Shown here piece by piece: positions 47,946 to 61,506 of a stretch of 64,000 nt of DNA. The position numbers and the translations under genes are program-made. The notes beneath the pieces are model-generated. The model did not search any database. It was given only the letters and a program-made list of their open reading frames with translations, and was not told the DNA's origin. How positions within the stretch are numbered: the first letter of the stretch is position 1; each line of letters begins with the position of its first letter. This stretch comes from Mobula hypostoma (taxonomy: Eukaryota): NCBI RefSeq assembly GCF_963921235.1, contig NC_086101.1, forward strand, positions 8,372,001-8,436,000, written 5' to 3'.

Positions 47946-50368
47946 AAATCAGAATCGGAATCAGGTTTAATACCACTGGCATATGTTGTGAAAACTGTTA
48001 ATTTTTCGGCAGCGCTACAATGCAGTACATAATATAGAGGGAAAAAACTGTGAATTACAGTAGTAAATATATATTTAATAGTTAAATTAAGTAGTAAATA
48101 GTACAAAGAATGGAAATGAAAAAATAAATTCACTGTCCATTCAGAAATTGGATGGCAGAAAGGAAGTTGTTCCTGAATCATTATGTGCCTTCAGCCTTCT
48201 GTACCTGTTTCATGATGCCAGCAATGAGAAGAGGGCATATCCTGGGTGATGGGAGTTCTCAACGATGGACACCTTTTCGAGGCATTGCTCCTTGAAAATG
48301 TCCTGGATGCTATGGAGACTAGTGCCCATGATGGAGCTGACTATGTTTTCAACTCTCTGCAACTTACTTTGATCCTGTGCAGCGGCAACCTACACACCAG
48401 ACGGTGAAGCAGCCAGTCAGAATGCTCTTCACAGTCCATCTGCAGAAATTTGTGAATGTTTTAGATGGCATACCAAAACTCCTAATGATATATAGCTGCT
48501 ATCATGCCTTCTTTGTAGCTGCATCAATATGTTGGGTCCAGGTTAGATCTTCAGAGATCTTGACACCCAGGAACTTGAAATTGCTCACTCTCTCCACTTC
48601 TGATCCCCCTATGAGGATTGGTTCATGTTCCCTCGTCTTACCCTTCCTGAAGTCCACAATCAGCTCTTTGGTCTTACTAATGTTGAGTGCAAGGTTTTGC
48701 TGCAACACCACTCAACTCGCTGGTACATCTCAGTCCTGTATGCCATCTCATCTCCATCTGAGATTCTGCCAAGTACATCTCAGTCCTGTATGCCATCTCA
48801 TCTCCATCTGAGATTCTGCCAAGTACATCTCAGTCCTGTATGCCATCTCATCTCCATCTGAGATTCTGCCAACAATGGTTGTGTCATCAGCAAATTTAGA
48901 GATGGCACTTGAGCTGTGCCTAGCCACACAGTCATGGGTGCAGAGAGAGCAGAGCAGTGGGCTAAGCACGCATCCCTGTGGAGCACCAGTGTTAATTGTC
49001 AGCGAGGCAGAGATGTTATTTCCAATCCTCACAGATTGTGGACTTCCACTTAGGAAGTCAAGGATCCAGTTGCAGAGGGAGGTACAGAGGCCCAGGTTCT
49101 GGTGCTTTTCAATCAGAACTCTAGGAACGATAGTGTTGAACTGTAGTCAATAAACAGCATTCTGACATAGGTATTTGTATTGTCCAGGTGATCCAAGGTT
49201 TTCTGGAGAGCAAATGAGATTGTGTCCATCATAGACCTATTGTGGAGATAGGCAAACTGCAGTGAGTCCAAATCCTTTCTGAGACAGGAGTTGATTCTAG
49301 CCATGACCAACCTCTCAAAGCACTTCATCGCCGTAGATGTGATCACTACTGGATGGGGTTGTTAAGGCAGCTCACCCTGCCCTTCTTGGGCACTGGTTTA
49401 ATTGTTGCCCTTTTGAAGCAGGTGGGAACTTCCAACTGCAGTGACGAGAGACTGAAACTGTCTTTGAACACCCCGACCAATTGGTTGGTGCAGGTTTTCA
49501 GAGCCTTACCAGGTACTCCATCAGAGCTTGTCGCATTGAAAGGGTTCACAATCTTGAAAGGCCAGCTTGACGTATGACTCCGAGACAGAGGTCACAGGGT
49601 CACCAGTTGCTGCAGGGATCCTCATAGCTGTAGTTTTGTTCTCCCTTTCAAAGCCAGCCAAAACGGCGTTGAGCTTCCTGGGAGTGAAGCATCGCTGCCA
49701 TTCACGATGTTGAGTTTTGCTTTGTAGGGAGTAATGGCCTGCAAACCCTGCCAGAGTCGATGAGTGTCCACTGTTGCCACCAGCTTCGCTTGTAATTGTT
49801 CCTTCCGCAAGTCATACCTGCTTTTCTTGTACGGACCTGCGTCACCATACTTGTATGAGTCTCCCTTCTCATCCCTGCCTTTTGACTTGGGTACGGAGAG
49901 TACATTAAGTTTTCATAGGCACACACTCATCCACACAGGTTTTAATGAAGTCAGGGATAGCTATGGCATATTACTTCATATACGAAGATAAATCCCTGAA
50001 TACAGTCCAGTCCACTGATTCAAAGCAGTTCTGTAAGTGCCCCTCTGCCTCACTTGTCCATACCTTCTTGGTCCTCACTGCTGGTGCTGCAGTCTTTGGG
50101 CTCTGCCTAATCTCAGGGAGTAGGAGTACAGCCAGGTGATCAGACTTTCCAAAGTGTGGGTGTGGAATAGTATGGTAAGCACTCTTGATGCTGGTGTAAC
50201 AGTGGTCCAGTGTGTTGGTTCCTCTGGTACTACAAGTGATTTGTTGGTAATAATTATTTAGACGTTGTTTTCAAGTTGCCCTGGTTAAAATCCCTCAAAA
50301 TGATGGGAAAGGCATTGGGATGTGCTGTTTCATGCCCAATGTTTACATCACTCTGTTCATCTAGAGCC
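47946..50368 (-). mobile_element. Rex1/Babar-type LINE (second family), decayed
   Basis: [49 protein letters not shown]; (GATTCT)n-like tail. Confidence 0.88.
48723..48872. repeat. Perfect 3 x 50-bp tandem repeat within the Rex1/Babar RT
   Basis: GTACATCTCAGTCCTGTATGCCATCTCATCTCCATCTGAGATTCTGCCAA x3. Confidence 0.95.
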
Positions 50369-53189
50369 TGTTTATTCCTTTCCATAGATGCTGACTGACC
50401 TCCAGCATTTTGTGCACGTTGCTCAAGACTGCAGGCATCTACAGAATCTCGTGTTCATGGCCTACTGCAACATGATTCCACACCCTGGACAAAAGCATGG
50501 AAGCAGGCCCATGCCAACCAAGATTCCAATCTAAGTGTTTTCCTTTTGGCCCAAGGTGACTTGAACAATGAAGTTTCTCTAAAGAGGCTGCCTGACCTAC
50601 TGAGTGTTTCTGGCACTTTCGGTTTTTATTTCAGAATTCCAGCATCTGCAGTTTTTGTTTAGAATTTTCATTGAGAATAAGACGCATTTTGTTATGTCCG
50701 TTATGGTTGGATTGGGGTGTAAATTGTTATTTTTCTCGTAGTTTAATTTCCGATGCTTGCTTGTATTTTTATATGTCATTGTTCCGTGAATTTTCTAGTA
50801 ATTTGCGTATATCTACTTCTGTGGTTTTCTAGAAACTTCTTCTGTATTAGATGTCATGCCACTTGAGTCAGGCTATTTCGCAGGTTAATTGTTATCTCTG
50901 GAATGTTGTCATCATTTTAGTCAAAGCTTATCTTCTTTCTTATGAAACTGTTATAAGGAAAAAGTTTTATGCCTTCTGATCCTCTGGATTGCAAAAAACA
51001 CCAAGAGTAACACCTGTCTGCAGAAACCTCACTCCCTCCCTCATTTCTGGAAACGCCTCCATTAATTGCCCCCTCCACCTTTTCCACTGCAAGGCATGCA
51101 ACCTTGCCTGCCCAAGAGAGGGGTTGCCCAAGAGTGCCCGATGAGGCTGTAGGAGCTCTAATTCTATCTTTATTTTTAACCACAAGTTAGTAGTCTTCAG
51201 AGATGCCTCTGTTTACCAGGAAGAATGCATTCAGAAAACAGGAAGTGTGACCTACTCTGGGGCGGATCAGGAGAGAACTTAACTCCCACACTGCTGAACT
51301 GCTTAAGTGGCAAAGTATTGGCAAAAAAGATGGCTTAAAGGGGAAGTCCCACTTAAAGGCAAGGTGGCTGCCCTGAATGCTCTCAGAATTCGGGGAGACA
51401 GAGAGAGAAAACTTGAGAAGGTGGGGAGAAAGAGCAAAAGATGTTTAAAAGGAGAGATATGAGAGGTGACCTGATTGAGGAGTATGAGAAAAAGCTGTCC
51501 CCACCAGTGAGCACACCTACAAGGAGCGCTGCCACAAGAAAGCAGAATCCGTCATCGAGCACCCCCCACCAACTCTTCTCGTTGCTGCCATCGGGAAGGA
51601 GGTACAGGAGCCTCAGGGCCAGCACCGCCAGGTTCAGGAACAGTTATTACCCTCAACCATCAGGCTCCTGAACCAGCATGGGTAACTTCACTCACCCCAA
51701 CCCTGAACTGATGCCACAACCTACAGACACACTCCCAAGGACTCATATTCTAAGTATTATTTATTATTATTGCATGTTTTTATTTTTATTTTTATATTAG
51801 AACAGGTTTCATTTGTACATTGTTTGTCAGTCTTTGCGTGACTCTACAGTATTTCTTTGTTCTACTGTGAATGCCTGCAAGAAAATGAATCTCAGGTTAG
51901 CATATGGTGACATTACCACACTTTGATATGAACTTTACTTTTGAACTTTTAAATCGATAAGGGCTAAAGTGCTGAATTGGCAAAGCATGAGCAAGGGAAA
52001 TGGCTTAAAGGGGCAGTCACGCTTAAAGGCAAGGGTTCCACACATCTAGGGACAACTCGGACTCTGAGTGACGTCTTATCACAAATCCGAGAAAATCTAC
52101 AGATACTGGAAATCCAAAGCAACACACACAAAATGCTGGAGGAACTTAGCAGGCAGGCAGCATCTGTAGAAAAGAGTAAACAGTCAACGTTTTGGTTGAA
52201 GATTCTTCATACAGTCCTGATGAAACTTCGACTGTTTACTTCTTTCCACAGATGCTGCCTGGCCTGCTGAGTTCCTCCAGCAATTTTTCAGTCGTGTCTT
52301 ATATTCAACTCATCTCAACTGGTCAAATTCTGCTCCAGTGCCCTATGTCTTGCAGTGTAATTCTACAAGTGCCGTCACTCTTCTCAAACTGCTCGCTTAC
52401 CTCCCTGCCCACTTCACTGTCACTCAGAGTTACATCCATCTGGAAGCTTCTTTTCTACCATCCCTCAAGGTCCAAGTGGTCAACAAACTGGAGTTTAGTG
52501 AAGTGGCTGAGGCAGGAACATTGAAAACATTTAAAAGACACTTAGTCAGATACATTGATAGGAAGGGTTTAGATGGGTGTATGGGGTGTCCAGGGAGGGG
52601 TAGCACCTCTGGTGAAGAGGCTTATCGTGTCCAATCTGGGGTGCTCACTCACCTTTAGGTCCCACCTGTGGCTCCAAGAAGCTGTTTGCACAGGACAGCA
52701 GCTACACCCAGCCACGCCGCTTCAACAGCAGGCTAGACTGGGTGAGGACAGCCAGCAGGCCTCATACCCCAGTGAAAAAGGGATATGCCCATCCTAGCCT
52801 GCGAAATCAGCTCCGGGAGACGGGATGGGTGATACCAACAGAGAGATCTAAGGGCCAGGAAGGCGGTTCTGGAATCCTTCGTGGAGAGCAAAAGGTGGGA
52901 TGAGCCACAGAGGCTGCAATCACCCTCTGCAACCCCAGTTGTGATGTGTATTCGCACCCCTGGACCGGACACCTGAGGTCAACAGAGTGGAACTGCTCTA
53001 GTCCAATGGCTTTTCTATTTTAAAAAACTCCCACACAAGTGTCCTGTTATTGTTGGATGCGGCGGACAACCACGAGGGGGATATGACCCAAGGGCTAGCA
53101 AATGAGACTAGCTCGGATGGACACCTTGCTCAGCATGGACAATTTGAGTAGTTTCTCTGTGGTGCTGTGGTTGTGATGAGAGCTTTTGA

Positions 53190-54607
53190 CTCGCTGGTGT
53201 TTATAAATCAAAGTTTTGAGAATAGGAATTGGGATGGTATGTTGAAGTTGTATTGGTGAGACCAGATGTGGAGTTTTGTGTGTAGTTCCAGTCACCTACC
53301 TACAGGAACAATATCAATAAAATTGAAAGAGTGCAGAGAAAATTTACAAGAATGTTACTGGGACTTGAGGACCTGAGTTATAGAGAAAGGTTGAATAGGA
53401 TAGGACTTCATTCCCTGGAGTGTAGGAGGAGAAGCGTAGATTTGATAGATGTATACAAAACTATGAAGGGTGTAGATAGGGTAAATGCAAGCAGGCTTTT
53501 TTTACTGAGATTGGGTGAGCCTAGAACTAGAGTTCATGGGTTAAGGGTGAAAGGTGAAATGCTTAAGGGAAGCATGAGGGGGAATCTTCTTCACTCAGAT
53601 GTATAGATATGTAGTGGAGAGTGTATTGACTGCATTATGGCCTGGTATGGAAACACCGATGTTTTTGAATGGAAAATCCTACAAAAAAGTAGTGGATTCA
53701 GCCCAGTACACCACGGGTAAAGCTCTCCCAACCATTGAGCAGGTCTACATGAAATGTTGTCGTAGGAAAGCAGCATCCATCATCAGAGATCCCCACCATG
53801 TAGGCCATGCTCTTTTCTCACTGTTCCCATCAGATAGAATGTACAAGAGCCTCAGCACTCACATGACCAGGTCGAAGAACAGTTACTACCCCTCAACCAT
53901 TAGGCTCCTGATTTAAAAGTGGATAACTTCACTCACTTTTCCATCCAATGAGATGTTCCCACAACCAATAAACTCACTTTAAGGAATCTTTATCTTGTAA
54001 TCTCATGCTCTCATTATTTATTGCTATTTATTTATATTTACATTTGCAGTGTCTTCTGCACACAAATTGATCTCTTATTGATCCTGTTATAGTTACTATT
54101 CTATAGGTTTTGTGAGTATGCCCACAGTAAAAAAAAATCTCAGGGTTGTATATGGTGACATATACAAATGTACTTTGATAATAAATTTTACTTTGAACTT
54201 TGAATAAGTGACCAGCAGAAATGATAGATTGTGTTTGATTACAACATTTAAGAGAAATTTGGGTAAGTACTTGGGAAAGTTCTCCCTAAGGTGTACGTGT
54301 GTGTGCACACACACGCATCTTTTGCTACTAGTGCATGAAGGAATTTAAACTGCGCACAAAAGGAGGAGATGTCAGGGGTAATTTTTTTACACAAAGAGTG
54401 GTGAGTGCATGGAATGGGCTGCCGGCAGCGGTGGTGGAGGTGGAAACGATAGGGTCTTTTAAGAGACACCTGGATGGGCACATGAAGAAAAAATAGAGGG
54501 CTATGGGTAAAGCCTAGGTAGTTCTAAGGTAGGGACATGTTCAGCACAGCTTTGTGGACCGAAGGGCCTGTATTGTGCTGTGTGTTTTCTATGTTTCTAT
54601 GTTTCTA
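53190..54607 (+). mobile_element. Cluster of CR1 and Rex1/Babar-type 3' fragments
   Basis: ORF 53331..53606 (CR1); ORF 53599..53916 (KAASIIRDPHHVGHALFSLFPS, Rex-type); CR1 tail at 54360-54607. Confidence 0.8.
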
Positions 54608-54854
54608 AAAGGTTGTCACCTTCTACCTCATTGGCACGTTAAATATATTTCACGATCATACACAATCACATTTCAGTTTCCAGTTGCTGATGTGGATGGT
54701 GTTGATAACATGGAGTTTCTGTTGATTTGTCTGCAGATTTTAGAACTGGCTTATTTATACTGATTTATTGAAGAATTTATTCAGTGCACATGTTGTTGTC
54801 ACTGGGCTAAAAGTTCCACAGCACAAGATTTTTGCTCACACTGGTCATTACAAA

Positions 54855-55414
54855 TGTAACGCGCTGTAAGGATTCACTGCTATTGTAATGGCTTCTCTGT
54901 AATGTTCACTGCTAAGGTAATGGTTTCTCTGTAGCAGCAACGTTTGGGTTATGGCTGGAGATAACAGAACTGTAGTATGCATGTTAGCCAATCAGGAGAT
55001 TGTTGCTCTGTCTTGTGAATCTGGAAGGAGAGTTTTCATGGTCTTTTGCCAGGGAGAGAAGACGCGAATGGAGAGATTTGGTAGACTGCTGGACATGGTG
55101 GACTTGGAGTGAAGGTCCAAAGGACAGCGACAATCGGAGGAGGTCAATGGTGGATGATTGACTTATCAGTGAGCTCCAACTTTGCGCAACAGACTGTTTA
55201 ATAAGATTGGGCCCTTTTCTTTTTTTTTTTGTTTCCTTACTAACCATGTAGTCTAGAAAGTAAGAATTATAAAGCTTAATCGTTTATTCACATATTGTGT
55301 ACTGTTTTTTATTTCAGGGTCAAGCAGCATCCACCCAAATGAGATTTCTTAAGTTTGGCTGGGCCGGGGGCTATCACTTCCTTTATTTAGCTGCTAGCTG
55401 AATCGAGAGTTGCA
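54855..55414 (+). mobile_element. Solo LTR (same family as 18028-18641)
   Basis: TGTAAC...GTTGCA ends; 4-bp TSD CAAA (54851-54854, 55415-55418). Confidence 0.85.
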
Positions 55415-55948
55415 CAAATTAGAGGGAATATTGATACATGGATTGGAGGGCTATGGTCCAAATCCATGTTAGTGGGACTAGGCAGACTAGATGGACCAAA
55501 GGGCCTGTTTCTGTGCTGTAGTGATCTAAAACTCTATGTCATAATCAGTTTGTTTACTCTCCTGAGCTAACTCAAATATCACTCTGAATTATATAAACGA
55601 TACTCAGTCTCTCACTGGCTCAGTGTGAATTTACATTCAACTTTGCAAAAGCCCATTCTGATCCGAGATATTATCTGCAGCATCATGCAGGAGGGAACAC
55701 GAGGTGGAACCATTTCACCACAGTGAAAGTGTGGAATGAGCTGGCCGTGGAAGTGGTGGAGGCTGGTTCGACTGCACCATGGTCCTGAGGAAAGTTGTTT
55801 CACTTGGTTGTATATGTCTAGTTGAATGACTGTTATTACTGGTCACATACCTTGATTAGTATAGAACATAGGACAGGACAGCACAGTAAAGGGCCTTCAG
55901 CCTAACATATTGTGCCCCTGTGAACCTACTCTACAATCATTTTAACAC

Positions 55949-56406
55949 TGTCACGGTCCAGACCATTAAATCCTCATATTCTCCTAATTCCCTTTTCCCC
56001 ATGTTCTCCCGGGCTCCTTGATTGCGACACATGATCCTCATCTAAACCTGCAGCATAAATACCCCGGCTTTGCATCCACTCATCACCAGATCGTTGTTTC
56101 AACCAGTGTGATAATTCGCGTTTGGCCACTTAGGGTTGTGTATTCTAAGTTTTACTTCAGTACCGAGGTTTGCCTGTGTAACTGTGTCTGTCCGTGTCAA
56201 CATAAATATTGCCAGCAGCCTGCCTTTCCGTTTGCTGTTCAGCTCCAGCAATGCTCTGTGTCAAGATAAAAGATTGCCGGCCGCCTGCCTTTCCATTCAT
56301 TCTCCTGTTTGCCGTTCAACTCCAGCCACGCTCACGCCCTCGTCTGCATCCCAATTCTATCTCTGTGCCAGTGTCCTACGTTTGGGTTCACCCGTTCTCT
56401 GCAACA
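55949..56406 (+). mobile_element. Solo LTR (different family)
   Basis: TGTCACGG...GCAACA ends; 5-bp TSD AACAC (55944-55948, 56407-56411); CATAAATA TATA-like box. Confidence 0.82.
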
Positions 56407-57359
56407 AACACTTCACTCCCATTTAGGCCTCCATTTTTCTTTCATCATTGTACCTATCAACTTGTCTCTTATCAGCCTCTAGCACCACTCCTTGCAGTGT
56501 ACTCCATGCATCCACTGTTCTCTATGTAAAAAACCTAAATCTAGCATTCCATAAGACTATAAGACATAGCAGCAGAATTAGGCCATTTGTCATATGACCT
56601 AGGATCAGAATTATGCCATTTGTCCCATCGAGTCTGCTCTGCTATTCAATCATGGCTGGCCCTTTATGCCCCTCCTAAGCCCAGCTCCCCACACTTCTCC
56701 CCATAGCCTTTGATGCCATGTCCAATCATGAACCGATCAAGCTCTGCCTTAAATACACCCAAGAACCTGACCTCCACAGCTGCCTGTGATAATAAACTTG
56801 ACAAACTCACCACCCTCTGGCAGAAGAAATTTCTCTGCAGCTCTATTTTAAAAGGATGCCTCTCTATCCTGAGGCTGTGCCCTCTTGTCCTAAACTCCCC
56901 CACCATGGGAAACACCCTTTCCACATCTACTCTGTCTAGGCCTTTAAACATTTAATAAGTTTCAATGAGATTCCCCCGCCTCCATCCTAAATTCCAGTGA
57001 GTACCGACCCAGAGCCTCAAATGTTCCTCCTATGATGACACTTTTATTCCCAGAATTATCCTTGTGAACCTCAGCTAAAACCTCTCCAATGCCATCACAT
57101 CTTTTCTTAGATCAGGAACCCAAACCTGTTCACAATATTCAAGCTGAGGCCTCACCAGTGCCTTTTAAAGCTTGAGCATCACATCCCTGCTCTTGTATTC
57201 TAGACCTCTTGAAGCAAATGCTAACATTGCATTTGCCTTCCTCACCACCGACTCTTACTGTAAGTTAACATTAATGGTGTTCTCTACAAGGACTTCCAAG
57301 TCTCTGCATCCCAGATTTTTGCATTTTCTTCTCATTTAGAAAATAGTCTGCACATTATT

Positions 57360-58296
57360 AACGACCTGGATGTGGGGGTAAAAGGGTGGGTTGGCAAGTT
57401 TGCAGACGACACAAAGATTGGTGGTGTTGTAGATAGTGTAGAGGATTGTCAAAGATTGCAGAGAGACATTGATAGGATGCAGAAGTGGGCTGAGAAGTGG
57501 CAGATGGAGTTCAACCCGGAGAAGTGTGAGGTGGTACACTTTGGAAGGACAAACTCCAAGGCAGAGCACAAAGTAAATGGCAGGATACTTGGTAGTGTGG
57601 AGGAGCAGAGGAATCTCGGGGTACATGTCCACAGATCCCTGAAAGTTGCCTCACAGGTGGATAGGGTAGTTAAGAAAGTTAAGATAGGGTGTTAGCTTCC
57701 ATAAGTCGAGGGATAGAGTTTAAGAGTCGCGATGTAATGATGCAGCTCTATAAAACTCTGGTTAGGCCACACTTGGAGTACTGTGTCCAGTTCTGGTCAC
57801 CTCACTATAGGAAGGATGTGGAAGCATTGGAAAGGGTACAGAGGAGATTTACCAGGATGCTGCCTGGTTTAGAAAGTATGCATTATGATCAGAGATTAAG
57901 GGAGCTAGGGCTTTACTCTTTGGAGAGAAAGAGGATGAGAGGAGACATGATAGAGGTGTACAAGATAATAAGAGGAATAGATAGAGTGGATAGCCAGCGC
58001 CTCTGCCCCAGGCACCACTGCTCAATACAAGAGGACATGGCTTTAAGGTAAGGGGTGGGAAGTTCAAGGGGGATATTAGAGGAAGGTTTTTTACTCAGAG
58101 AGTGGCTGGTGCGTGGAATGCACTGCCTGAGTCAGTGGTGGAGGCAGATACACTAGTGAAGTTTAAGAGACTACTAGACAGGTATATGGAGGAATCTAAG
58201 GTGGGGGCTTATATGGGAGGCAGGGTTTGAGGGTCGGCACAACATTGTGGGCCGAAGGGCCTGTACTGTGCTGTACTATTCTCTGTTCTATGTTCT
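57360..58296 (+). mobile_element. Young CR1 3' part nested antisense
   Basis: ORFs 57372..57695 and 57689..58051; very similar to the 3502-4340 copy (LESMHYDQRLRELG). Confidence 0.93.
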
Positions 58297-59474
58297 ATTT
58301 ATTTCTATTACCAAAGTGCATGACCATGCATTTTCCAACATTGTATTTCATCTGCCACTTTCTTGCCCGTTCTCCCAATCTGTCTAAGTCCTTCTGCATC
58401 CTCCCTATTTCCTCAACACTACCTGTCCCTCTACCAGTCTTCGTATCATCTGCAAACTTGGCAACAAAGCCATCTATTCCATCATCTAAATCATTTATAT
58501 GCAGCATAAAGAGAAGTGGTCCCAACACTGACCCCTGCGGAACACCACTAGTCACTGGCAGCCAACCAGACAAAGCTCCTTTTATTCCCACTCGCTGCCT
58601 CCTACCAATCAGCCAATGTTCTAACCATGTCAGTAAATTTCCTGTAATACCATGGGCTCTTAACTTGGTAAGCAGTCACATGTGTGGCAGCTTGTCAAAG
58701 GCCTTCTGAAAGTCCAAATATACAACATCCACTGCATCCCCTTTATCTATTCTACTTGTAATCTCCTCAAAGAATTCCAACAGGTTCGTCAGGCAGGATT
58801 TCCCCTGAAGGAAACCATGCTGACCTTGTAAAATCTTGACCTGTGTCACCAAGTACTCCATCACTTCATCCTTAACAATTGACTCCAACATCTTCCCAAC
58901 CACTGAGGTCAGGCTAAATGGTCTATAATTTCCTTTCTGCTACCTTCCTCCTTTCTTAAAGTGGAGTAACATTTGCAATTTCCAGTCCTCTGGCACCATG
59001 CCAGAGTCCAATAATTCTTGACGGATCATTACTAATGCCTCCACAGTCTCAGCTGCTACCTCTTTCAGAACCTTAGGGTGCAGTTCCTCTGGTCTGGGTG
59101 ACTTATGAACCTTTAGGTCTTTCAGTTTTTTGGGCACCTTCTCTCTTGTAACAGTAACTGCATCCACTTCTCTTTCTTCACACACTACAACATCGGGCAT
59201 ACTGCTAGTGTCTTCCACAATGAAGACTGATGCAAAGTACCCATTTAATTCATCAGCCATCTTCTGATTCCCTTTTATTATTTTTTCTGCCTCATTTTCT
59301 AGCGGTTCTATATCCACTCTCATTTCTCCTTTAATTTTAACATTCTTGAAAAAGTCCTTACTATCCACTTTCACATTATTTGCTTGTTTTCATATTTCCT
59401 CTTTTTGCTCCTAATGGTTCTTTTAGTTGTTCTCTCTTGGGTTTAAAAAGTTTTCCAATCCTCTGTCTTCATAC

Positions 59475-60550
59475 TGTTGTTGTTCATCCTTCGTAGTCGA
59501 AGATGACCATGGCTTCAAAGTCAAATGGGAGATTGGTGGCTGTGGGTCCGGAGGTGACTGATGAGGCCAATCTGGGCCCTGAAGGCTCGCCCACATGTGG
59601 GACACAAGTGGGTGGGTGCTGTCGTGGCAGTGGATGCTGCTCGGGCCTTGCGCACAGCACGCTTTCATTGCGCCTCGATGATGCGCCTGACTTCAGCTGC
59701 ACGGGCTCCTGTGGTGATCTTGCTGCGCCAAGCTGGACGGTCGAGGACAAGCGTCTCCCACGTGTTGATGTCGACACCCAGGCCTTTGAGGAACACTTTC
59801 AGGCAGTCTTTGTAACGTTTCTTCTGCCCCCGACTGAGCGCTTGCCCTGACACAGTTCTCCGTACAGCAGCTGCTTAGGCAATCGGCTGTCTGGCATTCT
59901 GACCACATGTCCAGCCCACCTGGCTTGGGCTTTCAGCAGGAGGGTGTAGACGCTGCAGAGCCCAGCTCGTTCCAGGATTTCCGTGTCGGGGACTTTGTCC
60001 TGCCACCTGATGTGGAGGAGTCTGCGGAGACAGCTCAGGTGAAAGTGGTTGAGCTGTTTCACGTGTCTGCTGTAGACAGTCCAGGTCTCGCTGGTGTAAA
60101 GGAGGGTGGTAAGGACCACTGCACAGTAGACCTTCAGCTTGGTGGTAAGGCTGAGTCCTCTCCGTTCCCAGACGTTCTCACGGAGTCTCCCAAAGGTGGT
60201 GCTGGCTTTGGCAATCCTGTTGTTGACCTCAGCGTCTATGTTCACTGCACGAGAGAGTATGCTGCCCAGGTAGGTGAAGTTGTCGACTGCCTGGAGGTTC
60301 TGGCCCTTCACCGTAATGCACGGCTCCTGGTATGGCTTTCCTGGGGCAGGCTGGTACATAACTTCGGTCTTTTTGGTGCTGATAGTGAGACCGAAGTTGT
60401 CGCAGGCTTGTGAGAAGCAGTCCATTTCACGCTGCATCTCCTGCTCTGTGCTGGCGTTGAATGCGGAGTCATCAGCAAACAACAAGTCTCTGATGACAGT
60501 CTCTCGCACCCTTGTAACTGCCTGCAGGCGCCTAAGGTTGAACAACCTAA
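59475..60550 (-). mobile_element. RTE-clade LINE, 5'-truncated
   Basis: ORF 59799..60572: LFNLRRLQA, LLFADD, FGLTISTKKTEVM, FTYLGS, RWAGHVVRM; (CAA)n tail. Confidence 0.9.
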
Positions 60551-60790
60551 CGTCAGTCCTGTCTCTTCCCACTAATTTTTGCTTTGTTGTATGCCGTCTC
60601 TTTTGCTTTTACATTAGCTTTGACTTCCCTTATCAGCCTTGATTGTACTATTTTGCCATTTGAGTATTTGCTTTTGGAATACATCTATCCTGACCTTCCT
60701 CATTTTTCCTAGAAACTCACACCATTGCTGCTCTGCTGTCATCCCTGCCAGCATCTCATTTCAATTTACTATGGCGAACTCCTCCCTCAT

Positions 60791-61506
60791 CATCATCATC
60801 ATGTGCCGTGCCCAGTTTGAGCTTTGACTGCCATGGCCCATAACCTCCTGTTTCGGGTCAAGTGGATCAATTCATTGGTATTCACTTCCAGTTCTCTGGC
60901 TGCTGTCTCTATCATCATTTGTCTTTGCCTTCCTCTTGCTTTCTTTCCTTCAATCTTTCCCATAATTACCTTGCATTCTAACTCCTCCTTCCTAATCACA
61001 TCCAATGAAGTTATGTTGCCTTTTCATGATCTCATACATTATTTCTCTTTTTGTGTTTGCTCTGTTCATGACCTCCTCGTTAGATATTCGTTTCATCCAT
61101 GATATTCTTTGCGTCCTCCTCAAAAACCACATCTCTGCTGCTTCAATTTGTTTCCTAATGTTACTAGATATTGTCCAACATTCTGATCCATATAACATAA
61201 CTGGATAAACGTAACATTTCAGTACTCTGAGGTGGGTTGTCATGCCTAGTTTAGTATTGGTCAGTATACTCTTCATTCTCATAAAGGTGTCTTTTGCCAT
61301 CCCTATTCTTCTTTTGATGTCCATGTCGCACCTGCCATCTGATGTCACCCAGCTTCCTAAGTAGCAAAAGTTCTGTACTTGTTTTATGTCTTCCCCTTTA
61401 TTTTCAGCCTGCAGATAGGATTCTCCTTTTTTGGATATCACCATACATTCTGTCTTTTTGTGATTGATAGACTCATTTTTGCACTTTCTTCAACAACTAT
61501 ATCAAT
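60791..61506 (-). mobile_element. RTE/BovB-like LINE 3' fragment
   Basis: ORF 60992..61444: FCYLGS, DIKRRIGMAK, LYGSECWTI, AAEMWFLRR; (GAT)n tail; imperfect TSD ACTCC...CTCAT. Confidence 0.88.

Noticed and set aside
51305..52035. ~60-bp imperfect direct repeat (TGGCAAAG...TGGCTTAAAGGGG...CTTAAAGGCAAGG) at ~51308 and ~51978
   Set aside because: Too long and diverged for a TSD, with no further structure; probably a small old local duplication.
3502..58296. Long-range inverted repeat between CR1 copies at 3502-4340 and 57360-58296
   Set aside because: Explained by two independent insertions of one young CR1 subfamily; the flanks are unrelated.
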